Assembly (NCBI GenBank): GCA_041662745.1 | Contig: JBAZRV010000002.1 | Coordinates: 90,001 to 122,000 of the forward strand | Reading direction: 5' to 3' | Source of the DNA: Patescibacteria group bacterium | GTDB taxonomy: Bacteria; Patescibacteriota; Patescibacteriia; 2-01-FULL-39-33 | DNA: 32,000 nucleotides | Part shown: in pieces, positions 1 to 9,340 of the stretch | Layout of the letters: every line of letters begins with the position of its first letter | Position numbering within the stretch: position 1 is the first letter of the stretch | Translations under genes and position numbers: made by a program | Notes under the pieces: model-generated | Databases searched by the model: none | Seen by the model: only the letters and a program-made list of their open reading frames with translations | What the model was told of the DNA's origin: nothing

Positions 1-314
1 ACGGCGGGGGATTAATGTCAAAAGTTTCGGGGGTATGGCTTTTAATCAATGCTTTATTCTAACAGCAGTCATCGGCGCCTGTGGATAACATCAAGTTAGG
101 TAATGTTTATTTTATATTTAATCGTATAGGCCTGCTTGCCAGATTGAGCCAAATGGTGCTATAATTAGTTTATTCTTACTCAACTTAGCGGTCAGGGTAA
201 GTCAAATAAAATAGTAAAATAGCTAAAATAAGCGATTTAATTAAAATCGTGAGTTTTTAGTGTCCGACTGCCGCAGAGGTAAAAAATAAAAAACACCTCG
301 CCAAAGTCATTTTC

Positions 315-346
315 ATTTGTTTAATTTTGTCTAAAATTAAACAAAT
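315..346. terminator. AT-rich perfect inverted repeat (14 bp stem, GTCT loop); terminator or attenuator-like element upstream of the first sigma factor
   Basis: ATTTGTTTAATTTT-GTCT-AAAATTAAACAAAT read directly; intergenic. Confidence 0.4.
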
Positions 347-413
347 AAGTTAATAGTTTTTATTAATCAATAAATGCAAGTGTAACATTTAGCTATTTTT
401 TCCGTCTAATAAG

Positions 414-965
414 ATGAAGAACCCTATCGCTGACAAAATACTGTTTTTACGGGTGAAAAACAAGGATCACGAGGCCTATGGCCGGTTTTATGATCTTTAT
501 GTTGAGCGGATTTATCGATTTGTCTATTTTAAGGTCAGTTCGGTTGATGATGCCAAAGACCTGACTTCCGAGGTGTTTCTGAAACTTTGGCAGTACATTA
601 AAGATGGCAAACCGATTAATAATTTGAATGCTTTGACTTACATGATCGCCCGCAATTGCGTGATAGATTTCTATCGCGCGCGCGCTCGCCGTGATGAGAA
701 TGAAGAAAAAGTCGCTGATGAGCATATCACTATCATTGATGATGAAGGCGACATCTTGATTCAGAAAATCAAAGACGCGGAGATGGCCGAGGTGCTGGCA
801 ACATTAAAAAAGCTCAAAGACGAATATCGCGAAGTTATAGTGCTAAGATATCTGGATGAATTGTCCATCAAAGAAATTTCTAAAATTTTAGATAAGTCAC
901 CCGGTTCGGTGCGCGTTTTGCTTTATCGGGCGCTCAATGCCATTAAAACGACGATTAAACAATAG
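414..965 (+). CDS. RNA polymerase sigma-70 family (ECF-type) sigma factor
   Basis: 183 aa; region 2 'YGRFYDLYVERIYRFVYFKVSSVDDAKDLTSEVFLKLW', region 4 'LKDEYREVIVLRYLDELSIKEISKILDKSPGSVRVLLYRAL'. Confidence 0.93.
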   Translation: MKNPIADKILFLRVKNKDHEAYGRFYDLYVERIYRFVYFKVSSVDDAKDLTSEVFLKLWQYIKDGKPINNLNALTYMIARNCVIDFYRARARRDENEEKVADEHITIIDDEGDILIQKIKDAEMAEVLATLKKLKDEYREVIVLRYLDELSIKEISKILDKSPGSVRVLLYRALNAIKTTIKQ

Positions 966-967
966 CT

Positions 968-2152
968 GTGTCTCACAAAAATCTCATCAAACAACTAAAG
1001 AAAGTCAAAAACCTCGAAACCGTAGGACGGCCCGAGGCTTCTTGGACTTCCGACAGCCGTGAGATTTTGATGCATCAAATCAATCCGCAGAATAAGGCCG
1101 TGGAGTATTCTCCGATTAAATATTATGCCGAGTTTTTTTCTTCCACTCTGCAACAGAAATTTTTGCGTCCGGCCTTGGTCGCCTTAATGGTGGTCAGCAC
1201 TTTTTTCACTTATTCCGCCTTTACTTTGGCCGCTAAGGCGTCTTTGCCCGGCGAAGCTTTGTATCCCGTCAAGGTGTTTAGCGAGAAAATCCAGTTAGTC
1301 GCGGCTATCGGCAACGAGGCTAAGGTTAAGTTGCAATTGGATTTCATCTCCCGTCGCGGCGATGAATTGCAACAGATTGCCCGTCAGCCGGAAGATGCCA
1401 AAGCCAAATCCGCCAAAATTTCCCAAACAGTCAAGCAAATTACCGAAGATGTTAAGAACATTCAAGATAAAGTGGACAAAATCGCCGTTTCTTCTCCGGC
1501 CACTACTGTTATCAGTACTGCCAAGGTGGTTGATGATAAGACTTTAAAAGTGGAAAAAGACATAGTTGACGCTCATACTGTTTTGTCTACGGAAGTGAAG
1601 AAGGATGTGGCCAAGGATGTCAAAGAAGCGATTGCCACCACTGAAGAAGCCGGTACTAAGGCGCTTTTAATGATGGTGGCCAAATCCGAAGAAAAACAAG
1701 TCAAGGACAATAATCAAGCCGTTCCCACCAAGGAAATCGCCGCTCGCGTGCAAGAAAGAATCAAGAATACCGAGGCCGCGGTGGAAGTTGCCGCCGACGA
1801 GGTCAATAAAATCGCTACCGGTACGCCGGCCATTCTTAATTTGGTTGTTTTATCCAGTGATGGCACTAACAGAATCAGCGGTGTTTCCAGCACCGAAGCC
1901 AACACCACGACCACTTTGAAAGACGCAGTTCAAGATGTTACCGAAAAGCCCAAGCAAGCTCAGGAAGTGATTGAACAAGCCAAGCAAATGCTTGATAAGA
2001 ATGATGTCGTTTCCGCCTTACAGAAGATTGTAGAGAGCAAAAACATCGCCGCTGACGCCTTGGAAAAGGCGCCGCTTATCAACGATAAAATTCAAACCGA
2101 AATAACCAGTTCCACTGTTTCGGTTGTTACTGCGACCTCAACGGTCAAATAA
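968..2152 (+). CDS. DUF5667-like membrane-anchored protein, putative partner/anti-sigma-like factor
   Basis: GTG start 2 nt after the sigma gene stop; one TM segment (LRPALVALMVVSTFFTYSAFTLAAKA) followed by 'LPGEALYPVKVFSEKIQLVAAIGNEAKVKLQLDFISRRGDEL' typical of DUF5667, then a long Lys/Glu/Ala-rich helical region. Confidence 0.7.
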   Translation: MSHKNLIKQLKKVKNLETVGRPEASWTSDSREILMHQINPQNKAVEYSPIKYYAEFFSSTLQQKFLRPALVALMVVSTFFTYSAFTLAAKASLPGEALYPVKVFSEKIQLVAAIGNEAKVKLQLDFISRRGDELQQIARQPEDAKAKSAKISQTVKQITEDVKNIQDKVDKIAVSSPATTVISTAKVVDDKTLKVEKDIVDAHTVLSTEVKKDVAKDVKEAIATTEEAGTKALLMMVAKSEEKQVKDNNQAVPTKEIAARVQERIKNTEAAVEVAADEVNKIATGTPAILNLVVLSSDGTNRISGVSSTEANTTTTLKDAVQDVTEKPKQAQEVIEQAKQMLDKNDVVSALQKIVESKNIAADALEKAPLINDKIQTEITSSTVSVVTATSTVK

Positions 2153-2404
2153 TCAAATTAATAATTATTCGGAGTGTTGCGTCCAGAGCAGACATCCCGC
2201 TTTTAGCGAAGTCTCTGCCTTGTCCGCAATAAGCGTACAAGAACTTACAATTAAAACTTTAAGGGGTTTGAGGGCTAACTTTGCTGTCGCAAAGGTTTCG
2301 GCCTTCGGGATTCCATAATTTTATCGGCAAAGGTCGTTGAGGCAACCGCCCAGCTTATAAAATTATCGGTTTAATCCGTTGCTGGAAAAAGCTGCCTGTA
2401 GAGA

Positions 2405-2467
2405 CGCCGCGATTGCGGTGGCTCCTAAGGCGCTTGTCGCCAGCGGAGACGCGACAATCTCGCGTCT
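2405..2467 (+). promoter_or_regulatory. Three consecutive hairpins in the leader of the surface-protein gene (candidate structured 5' UTR)
   Basis: Stems: CGCCGC/GCGGTG (2405-2420), GGCG/CGCC (2429-2441), AGACGCGA/TCGCGTCT (2447-2467). Confidence 0.4.
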
Positions 2468-2558
2468 TTACATCGGTTGCTGTTTTCAATTTCAACGGAT
2501 AATCCCCAGTGTTCCGCCTTGAACTGATAAGGTTTTAATCTAACTATTAACACAAACT

Positions 2559-5500
2559 ATGAAAAAGTTTTTAACTTATTCCGTAGTCGTAGCCACTATT
2601 GCTTGGTCTATGGGCATCAGCGCCGTTTTACCGGCCGCTGCCGCTTATACTCCGGCTGACGGCGATCTGATCAAGACCGCCAGTTATTCGGCTGTGTACT
2701 ATGTCACGGGTGGACAAAAATATCTTTTTGTCAACCGCGTAACTTATACGACCTGGTCAAATGCTGTTGGCGATGCCAATAACAATTTTGCCGGTTTAAA
2801 GGTTATTTCCCAATCTGAATTTGATGCTTTGCCCTTAGGCGGCAACATCACTGCCAGAGCTGGTGTCAGCTTAGTCAAGTTTGATAACTCGGGCATTGTC
2901 TATGCTGTCGCTCCGGGATCAAAATTGTGCAAGTTGGTTGATAGCGCCGCTCAGACCGCTTTATACGGTTCTGCCGCCCCTATTATCATCCAGTCTTCTT
3001 TTGAGGCTAACTATACTAAGGATGCCTCTTGCGACCTGACCGCTACTTCTAAGTATCCCGATGGCTCTTTAATCAAGACCTCCGGCGATGCTTCAGTTTA
3101 TTACATTGAAGGCGGAATGAAGCGCTTGGTTTCTGCTGATGGCTTTACTGCCAACAGTTTCAAATCCAGCTGGGTCAAGACCGTCAGCGATGTCAGTGGC
3201 TATACCACCGGCTCTGCTTTGACCATCAAGGAAGCCGCTGTTTCTAATGTGGTTTCCGGAGCTTCTGCCCCCGTTGTAACCTTAGGAACTTTAGGCGTGT
3301 CCTTATCCGCCAATAACCCGGTTTCAGCCACTATCGTGTCTGATACTGTTAACACCAGCCAGGCCTTAGTGCCGATGCTTGCCGTCAATTTGACTGCTTC
3401 ATCTGCCGGCGATGTCAAGGTTACCGGCATGCAGTTCACTCGCACCGGTATCTCCAATGACACTGATGTCTCCGTTTCCTATCTATATGAAGGATCCAAG
3501 AAATTGGCTGAGGGCGGTTCAATTTCTTCTAAGGTTTTAACCTTTAATGCCTCTAACGGTATTATTACGGTTCCGGCCGGCCAAACCAAGACTGTTTGGT
3601 TGAAGATTGACACAACCATCGCTACCGGCGCTGGCAAGAGCATTGGTTTCAATTTGACCGGTGTTACTTCTAACGCCACTGCTATTTCCGGCACTCCTTT
3701 GACTGGAAATTTGATGAGCACTGCTTCTGTTACTGATTTGGGTTATGTGGTTATCAGCTCCGGCAATGTGCCGACTGCCGCTTCCACTGTAAACTCCAAT
3801 GAGACTGATTTTGAAGCCTATAAAGTCACTTTGACTGCTACCGATCAGGATATGCAGTTAGAGGGCTTGAGATTGACCGAAATCGGTTCAATCGGTAAGG
3901 ATGATTTGACAAACATCAAATTGGTTTATGGCGGAACTACTTTGGCCACTGCCGCTTTTGACGACAATATGGAATTGTATTTTGACTTATCAGCCTCTCC
4001 CTTCCAGATCGCGAAGGGCAATTCCAAGACCTTGTCTTTGAGAGTTGACATTTCCAAGGGTTCAACTCGAACCTTTAAGTTCTCCATCCAGTATGCTTCT
4101 GATATTGTGACTAAGGATTTGGGCTATAATGTTTATACCCAAGCCTTTAAGAGTGGAGCTGTCACTTGGAGCGCTGTTACCAGCGCCGCCAGCACCTATG
4201 TCTATACCATTAATTCTGGCACTTTGACTTTAGCTAAGGATGCCAGTTCACCTTCCGGCACCGTCGCTGGTAATGGTACTAATGTTAAGTTGGCAACCTA
4301 CAAGATTACAGCTACCGGTGAAGATATGAAAGTTAAGAGCATGGATCTTAAGGTCAATACCACTTCCGGCCAAGAAGGCGGTTTGGACAATGCCAAGATT
4401 TATTTTGATGGCGTCCAGGTCGGTTCGACTAAGGATTTGACCACTGAAGCCACTAATGTAAACTTCACTTTCGGCTCCAGTTTCATTGTCCCGGCCGGAA
4501 CTTCTAAATTAGTTGATATCTATGCTGATTTGAAGACCTCCACTGGAACAGCTATTGTTTCTGGTGCTGCCACAGTTACTCTGTCTTCAAGCGAAACCCA
4601 AGGCGTTCTATCTTTGACTGCTGGAACTTTAGCAGCGGTTGATGGCAGCGCTTTGACTATTGGCGCTGTTTCAACCATTACTTTGGCTGAGTACACCGCC
4701 TATGGCGATCAGACTCTACCTTCTCCTTCATCTCAAGCTAAGATGGGATCATTTTCCGTCGCCGCTTCTGCCAGTGAAGGTGTAGTTGTCGAAAATATCT
4801 ACATCAGCGGAGCCACTTCCGGCGAACTTGCCAACATGAATTTGAAGGTTGGCTCAACGATTATCGGCTCTAAAGCGACTTTCTCTGCTACCGATGCTTC
4901 CTCCACTATTTCTATCAGTGGCGGCAAGTTGACTTTAGCCAAGGGCGAAACCAAAGTTGTTGATATTTATGCCGATATCACTTCCGGTATCACTAATACC
5001 ACTGGTATCACTTTGGGCGTAAATTGCGACGGTACCACTCCTGACACCAATACTGCCGCTACCGGCGCTTTCAAGGGCTTGCAGACTATTGTTATTGGTG
5101 CTGGTTCTTTGACTTTGGATACCAACGGAGCTAAACCGGATTCAGCTGTTATTGTGGCTGGTGCAACCACAGCGGTTAGCGCTTTCACAATGTTGGCCGC
5201 CAATGATTCATTCACTATTAACACCCTGACTGTTACTTCTACTGTTGCCGCTTCCGATCGCTCAGTGGGCGCAGTCATCTTGGAATATAAGAATGAAGCT
5301 GGTGAAACCAAGACCGCAACCGGTTATTTAAGCAGCGGTTCGGTTATCTTCAACAACCTGTCTATCTGGATTCCGAAGAGTGTCGGCGCAACCGTAACCA
5401 TCAAGGCTATGGTGGCTGACGCTACCGGCGCCAAGTCTGGTGATATCGTTCGCTTGAACTTAAGCGCTTCTGATGGCACTTCCACTGTTTTTGCCGCTAC

Positions 5501-6128
5501 CAGCAAAGCGACCGGTTCAGCTGAATATGATTACACTGGTGCTAATGGTGTTACTGGCAATCCGATGATTGTCAGAAAGACCAAGCCGACCGTCTCTTTG
5601 ATTTCCTTGCCGACCTCTGTTTTAGCTGATGGCACTCAGACCATCTCTAAATTCAGTATCGCTGCTGATGCAGCCGGTGATGTTACTTGGAGAAAGATGG
5701 GTTTTGTCTATTCAACCAGCGCCATCGCCGTTGATGTAACTGATCTTAGTATCTATCTGTATAAAGATGGCGATTCCACTAAGTTGAATGCTACCGGTTT
5801 GAGTTTAAGCCGAACTTCAGCTAAAACTATCAGCTTTGTGGCTGATACCGAACAAACCATCACCAAGGGTACTTCCCAGACTTATGTCTTGAAGGCTGAT
5901 TTGACCGGCACTTCCGCTGGTACTTCCTTCACCACTAAGATCTCCGGTACTTCGGCTACTGCTGGAACTTCTACCACTTACGCATTATTGCTCACAGAAA
6001 CAATGTTCTGGTGGTCTGACCGTTCCGGCGCTGCCGATGATGGCGTTCATACCGCCACTTCTGATGACTGGTGCGATTCCAGCTATATTAAGACTTTACC
6101 GACCGATTCTCAAACCTTATCCAGATAG
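2559..6128 (+). CDS. Large secreted/S-layer-like surface protein
   Basis: 1189 aa; N-terminal signal peptide (MKKFLTYSVVVATIAWSMGISAVLPAAAA), Thr/Ser/Ala/Gly-rich beta-type repeats, C-terminal 'FWWSDRSG...TSDDWCDSSYIKTLPTDSQTLSR' resembling tails of CPR surface proteins. Confidence 0.75.
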   Translation: MKKFLTYSVVVATIAWSMGISAVLPAAAAYTPADGDLIKTASYSAVYYVTGGQKYLFVNRVTYTTWSNAVGDANNNFAGLKVISQSEFDALPLGGNITARAGVSLVKFDNSGIVYAVAPGSKLCKLVDSAAQTALYGSAAPIIIQSSFEANYTKDASCDLTATSKYPDGSLIKTSGDASVYYIEGGMKRLVSADGFTANSFKSSWVKTVSDVSGYTTGSALTIKEAAVSNVVSGASAPVVTLGTLGVSLSANNPVSATIVSDTVNTSQALVPMLAVNLTASSAGDVKVTGMQFTRTGISNDTDVSVSYLYEGSKKLAEGGSISSKVLTFNASNGIITVPAGQTKTVWLKIDTTIATGAGKSIGFNLTGVTSNATAISGTPLTGNLMSTASVTDLGYVVISSGNVPTAASTVNSNETDFEAYKVTLTATDQDMQLEGLRLTEIGSIGKDDLTNIKLVYGGTTLATAAFDDNMELYFDLSASPFQIAKGNSKTLSLRVDISKGSTRTFKFSIQYASDIVTKDLGYNVYTQAFKSGAVTWSAVTSAASTYVYTINSGTLTLAKDASSPSGTVAGNGTNVKLATYKITATGEDMKVKSMDLKVNTTSGQEGGLDNAKIYFDGVQVGSTKDLTTEATNVNFTFGSSFIVPAGTSKLVDIYADLKTSTGTAIVSGAATVTLSSSETQGVLSLTAGTLAAVDGSALTIGAVSTITLAEYTAYGDQTLPSPSSQAKMGSFSVAASASEGVVVENIYISGATSGELANMNLKVGSTIIGSKATFSATDASSTISISGGKLTLAKGETKVVDIYADITSGITNTTGITLGVNCDGTTPDTNTAATGAFKGLQTIVIGAGSLTLDTNGAKPDSAVIVAGATTAVSAFTMLAANDSFTINTLTVTSTVAASDRSVGAVILEYKNEAGETKTATGYLSSGSVIFNNLSIWIPKSVGATVTIKAMVADATGAKSGDIVRLNLSASDGTSTVFAATSKATGSAEYDYTGANGVTGNPMIVRKTKPTVSLISLPTSVLADGTQTISKFSIAADAAGDVTWRKMGFVYSTSAIAVDVTDLSIYLYKDGDSTKLNATGLSLSRTSAKTISFVADTEQTITKGTSQTYVLKADLTGTSAGTSFTTKISGTSATAGTSTTYALLLTETMFWWSDRSGAADDGVHTATSDDWCDSSYIKTLPTDSQTLSR

Positions 6129-6175
6129 TTTCTATCTGTTAAGTTAAGGGTAAAAGTCAGGTAAATCTGATATAA

Positions 6176-6207
6176 AAGACCGTCCCGACGCAAGTTGGGG
6201 CGGTCTT
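6176..6207 (+). terminator. Rho-independent terminator
   Basis: AAGACCGTCCCGAC-GCAA-GTTGGGGCGGTCTT stem-loop (14 bp including G-U pairs) followed by GTTTT, just after the surface-protein gene. Confidence 0.75.
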
Positions 6208-6234
6208 GTTTTCGCCATAATTTTTTGCTATAAT
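6206..6234 (+). promoter_or_regulatory. Putative sigma-70-type promoter for the TPR gene
   Basis: TTGTTT - 17 nt - TATAAT with an extended TGC before the -10; 28 nt upstream of the ATG at 6263; overlaps the end of the preceding terminator. Confidence 0.55.
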
Positions 6235-6262
6235 AAAGACGTTATTATTAATTTGATTTCGT

Positions 6263-7027
6263 ATGTTCAACTCAAAAACCATCATCAAAACTTTAGCCGT
6301 TGTTTTAGTTATTTTAGTTTTAGCCGGCTGTTTTTATGTCATTGCCAATTATCAGGAACTGTTCGGTCCCAAGATTGAAGGCCAAATCGGACAGCAGGTC
6401 TATAATCCGGAAGAAATCAAGAAGGATTTTAGCAATCGGGAAAGAAAGTCAGCTTCCGGCGTCGTGCCGCCGCAGGAAATCACCGATCGTTACAATGATC
6501 TGATCGCCAAATCCCGCCAGGCAATCGCCGACAATAAGCCGTCTGATCCGGCCAATCCCGATTTATCCTGGGATTACGTGATCATCGCCAACAGTCAGGC
6601 GATTTTGGGCCAATATGATGAAGCGGAGCAATCGTATTTGCAAGCCGCTCAGAAATTTCCCGATAATTACCGCGCCCACATGAATTTGGGTGATCTGTAT
6701 ATTTTAATGGAATTGCCCCAGAGCGCGGCCGTTAAATTCGCCGAGGCAGTCAATCTTTATCCTAAAGACGGCATGATTTACACCAAACTGGCTGATTTGT
6801 ATTTTAAATATTCCACCGCGCCGGAAAAAGCCCAGGATATTTACGAATTGGGCTGGAAAAACGCCGATGATAAACGATTGGTTTTGAATTATTACATCAT
6901 CTATTTGCAAACTCAGAAGAAAGACTTAGTGAAGTTGGAGGAAATCAAGCGCGAATACGAAAAGATTATCAGCGGCAAAGTGGAACAGCAGAAACAGAAG
7001 ATTGAGCAGACGATTGACGTTCAATAG
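6263..7027 (+). CDS. Tetratricopeptide-repeat protein with N-terminal membrane anchor/lipoprotein-like signal
   Basis: 254 aa; 'TLAVVLVILVLAGCFY' then TPR-like 'AQAILGQYDEAEQSYLQAAQKFPDNYRAHMNLGDLYI'. Confidence 0.75.
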   Translation: MFNSKTIIKTLAVVLVILVLAGCFYVIANYQELFGPKIEGQIGQQVYNPEEIKKDFSNRERKSASGVVPPQEITDRYNDLIAKSRQAIADNKPSDPANPDLSWDYVIIANSQAILGQYDEAEQSYLQAAQKFPDNYRAHMNLGDLYILMELPQSAAVKFAEAVNLYPKDGMIYTKLADLYFKYSTAPEKAQDIYELGWKNADDKRLVLNYYIIYLQTQKKDLVKLEEIKREYEKIISGKVEQQKQKIEQTIDVQ

Positions 7028-7028
7028 T

Positions 7029-9212
7029 ATGGACTGGCAAAAAAATATCAAGAATATCTTGCTTTGGGGAACACTTGCGGCCTTATGGACCCCGCTGATT
7101 TTTTATCGCCAGGCGATTTTCCCCTATATTTCTCCCAAAAATTTCTTTTTCCGCTTTATTGTGGCAGTTCTTTCTGCATTGCTGATTGGTTATATTTTAC
7201 AGAGGAAGAAGTTGGTTTTTTCAAGCCATAAGATATATTTTTCTTTTTTAGTTTTTCTGTTGGTTAATCTTATTGCCGCGATTTTCGCCGTAAATCCGCA
7301 ATTGGCTTTCTTCGGCAGTTTTGAGCGCATGGGAGGCTGGTTCAATTTATTCTTTTTGAGCCTGTTTTTTCTAATTGTTATTAATGTATTTGAAACTAAG
7401 GATGATTGGCTTAAATTACTGCGGTCATCAGTGATCTGTTCGGCGATATTATCCATTTATTCTTTGATTGTCCGCTTCGGCCATAACATTCCGGTCGGCT
7501 GGCCCAAAAACGGCGCCACCTTGGGAAATATTGATTTTTTGGGCGCTTACCTGATGCTTAGCGTATTCTTGGGCCTGTTAGCGTTTGTTTTGGAAAAAAA
7601 CAATAAATGGCGGATGGCTTATGGAGCCATTATAGCCATAAATCTTATAGTTTTGCTTCTGACCGCCGCGCGAGCCGGAATATTGGGCCTATTTTTCGGC
7701 TTGTTTATTTTCGCGATTTTTATTTTTATCAAGGCTGGTAAAAAAATCAAATACAGCCTTGCCGGCTTGTTAGTGATATTAATTTTATTCGGCGGCATCG
7801 CTTATCAGCAAAAGGATTCCGCTTGGGTTAGATCATTGCCATTTTTATATCGCTTCACTCAGATTTCCCTTAACGATGCCAGCACAAAAGACCGTTTGCT
7901 GGTTTGGTATGTTTCTTGGCAAGCCTTTGGAGATCGGCCGATCATCGGTTACGGATCGGAGAATGCCATTTACGGCTTGAATAAGTATTATAACCCCAGG
8001 GTGACGGAAATGTGGTTTGATCGGGCGCATAATTTTATTTTTGATATTTTGCTTGCCAGTGGTTTGATCGGCTTATTGTTTTATTTGTCAATTTTCGGCT
8101 TGGCTTTTTGGCTGATATTGAAGAATTTAAACCGTAATTATTATCTTGGGGCTATTTTATTTAGTTCTCTGGCCGGATATCTTGCCAGTAATCTATTTAA
8201 TTTCGATACCATCAGCTCCTGGCTACCTGTAATATTAATCTTGGCTTTTATCGGGCATTGGACAAAAAAAGAGAATAGTGAGAATAATCTCCCCCGATTG
8301 CTCGTTAAATTTGATTTTATTACGGCCGGCACGCTGATTTTTATTCTTGCTTTAGTCAGTTATTTTACGGTCTTGAAGCCGGCTTATGCCGGCTATTTCG
8401 GTTCGTATGGAAGTGCTTATGCCGATCAATACCCGGATAAAGCGATAGTTTTTATGGAACGAGCAATAAGCTTGAATACTTATGGCAATCGAGAGTTGGC
8501 TATGCAGTTGTCGGAGTTTGATCGGCAATATAATGAATCGTCGGAACTTGACTCTGTTAAAAAGAAGGAATATTTTGACATATCCGAAAAAGCCTTGTTG
8601 GATTATCTGAAATCTGACCCGAATAATATCCAACCCAAGATTTTTTTGGCCCTGCTCTATCAAAGTTTTGCCAAGGAAAATTCTTTTTATATTAGTGAAT
8701 CAATTCGGCTTATGGAGGGCAACATCAATAATTCACCTCAGAGAATCGAGATTTATAATATTTTAGCTCAGGGATATTATTTGAGGGGTGATTATGATCG
8801 GGCGGTTAAAAATCTAAAAGTTTCCTTATCAATCAATAATTGGGATGAAGACCAATATTTGAATTTGATCAATATCCTGTCGCAACGGAATGATTTGGCA
8901 GAAATGAATAAGTATATTAATGAGTTTTTGACTAATATCAAAAGTATTTCTCCCGACGGCTATAAGCGCTTGGGGCAGTATTATTTCAATGTCGGCAATG
9001 TCGATGAAGCTGAGCGCGTTGTCCGTGATTTGGCCATTCCTGCCAATCCTGACTATTTGCCGACCAGAATCGCCCTGGCCTCTATTTATGAATCTCGCGG
9101 CGAGTATGATCGGGCTATAAATTATACCCAAGAAATGATCAATATCCATCCAGAATGGGCAGAAACCCTAAATAATTATATTAAATATTTGAACGACAAG
9201 AAAAATAGGTAA
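7029..9212 (+). CDS. O-antigen ligase/polymerase (Wzy/WaaL-like) family membrane protein with C-terminal TPRs
   Basis: Multiple TM helices, 'GNIDFLGAYLMLSVFLG', 'RAGILGLFFGL', 'IIGYGSENAIYGLNKYYNPRVTEMWFDRAHNFIFDILLASGLIGLLFYL' typical of the family, then TPRs. Track starts at 7002; ATG at 7029 (MDWQKN) is the likelier start. Confidence 0.85.
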   Translation: MDWQKNIKNILLWGTLAALWTPLIFYRQAIFPYISPKNFFFRFIVAVLSALLIGYILQRKKLVFSSHKIYFSFLVFLLVNLIAAIFAVNPQLAFFGSFERMGGWFNLFFLSLFFLIVINVFETKDDWLKLLRSSVICSAILSIYSLIVRFGHNIPVGWPKNGATLGNIDFLGAYLMLSVFLGLLAFVLEKNNKWRMAYGAIIAINLIVLLLTAARAGILGLFFGLFIFAIFIFIKAGKKIKYSLAGLLVILILFGGIAYQQKDSAWVRSLPFLYRFTQISLNDASTKDRLLVWYVSWQAFGDRPIIGYGSENAIYGLNKYYNPRVTEMWFDRAHNFIFDILLASGLIGLLFYLSIFGLAFWLILKNLNRNYYLGAILFSSLAGYLASNLFNFDTISSWLPVILILAFIGHWTKKENSENNLPRLLVKFDFITAGTLIFILALVSYFTVLKPAYAGYFGSYGSAYADQYPDKAIVFMERAISLNTYGNRELAMQLSEFDRQYNESSELDSVKKKEYFDISEKALLDYLKSDPNNIQPKIFLALLYQSFAKENSFYISESIRLMEGNINNSPQRIEIYNILAQGYYLRGDYDRAVKNLKVSLSINNWDEDQYLNLINILSQRNDLAEMNKYINEFLTNIKSISPDGYKRLGQYYFNVGNVDEAERVVRDLAIPANPDYLPTRIALASIYESRGEYDRAINYTQEMINIHPEWAETLNNYIKYLNDKKNR

Positions 9213-9340
9213 AATTAGGCAAATTAATAATTGTAAGTTATCCACAGCCGTACTTTTCTGTTCTTGATTATTATGTTATACTTAAATCAAGCTTTTTAGA
9301 TAAATATCCGCGTTATAGCGGTATAAAAAATTAAAAAAAT

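Noticed and set aside
2124-2318. ORF MLLRPQRSNNQINNYSECC... over the leader region
   Set aside because: Starts inside the preceding gene in another frame, unusual composition; region better explained as a structured non-coding leader.
3200-5506. Several 60-114 aa minus-strand ORFs inside the surface protein gene
   Set aside because: Low-complexity antisense shadows of a Thr/Ser/Ala-rich gene; no recognisable domains or start context.
6122-6138. Hairpin CAGATAG-TTT-CTATCTG overlapping the surface protein stop codon as a recoding signal
   Set aside because: Short 7 bp AT-rich stem with no extended frame beyond the TAG; the stronger terminator at 6176-6207 follows, so no evidence of readthrough.
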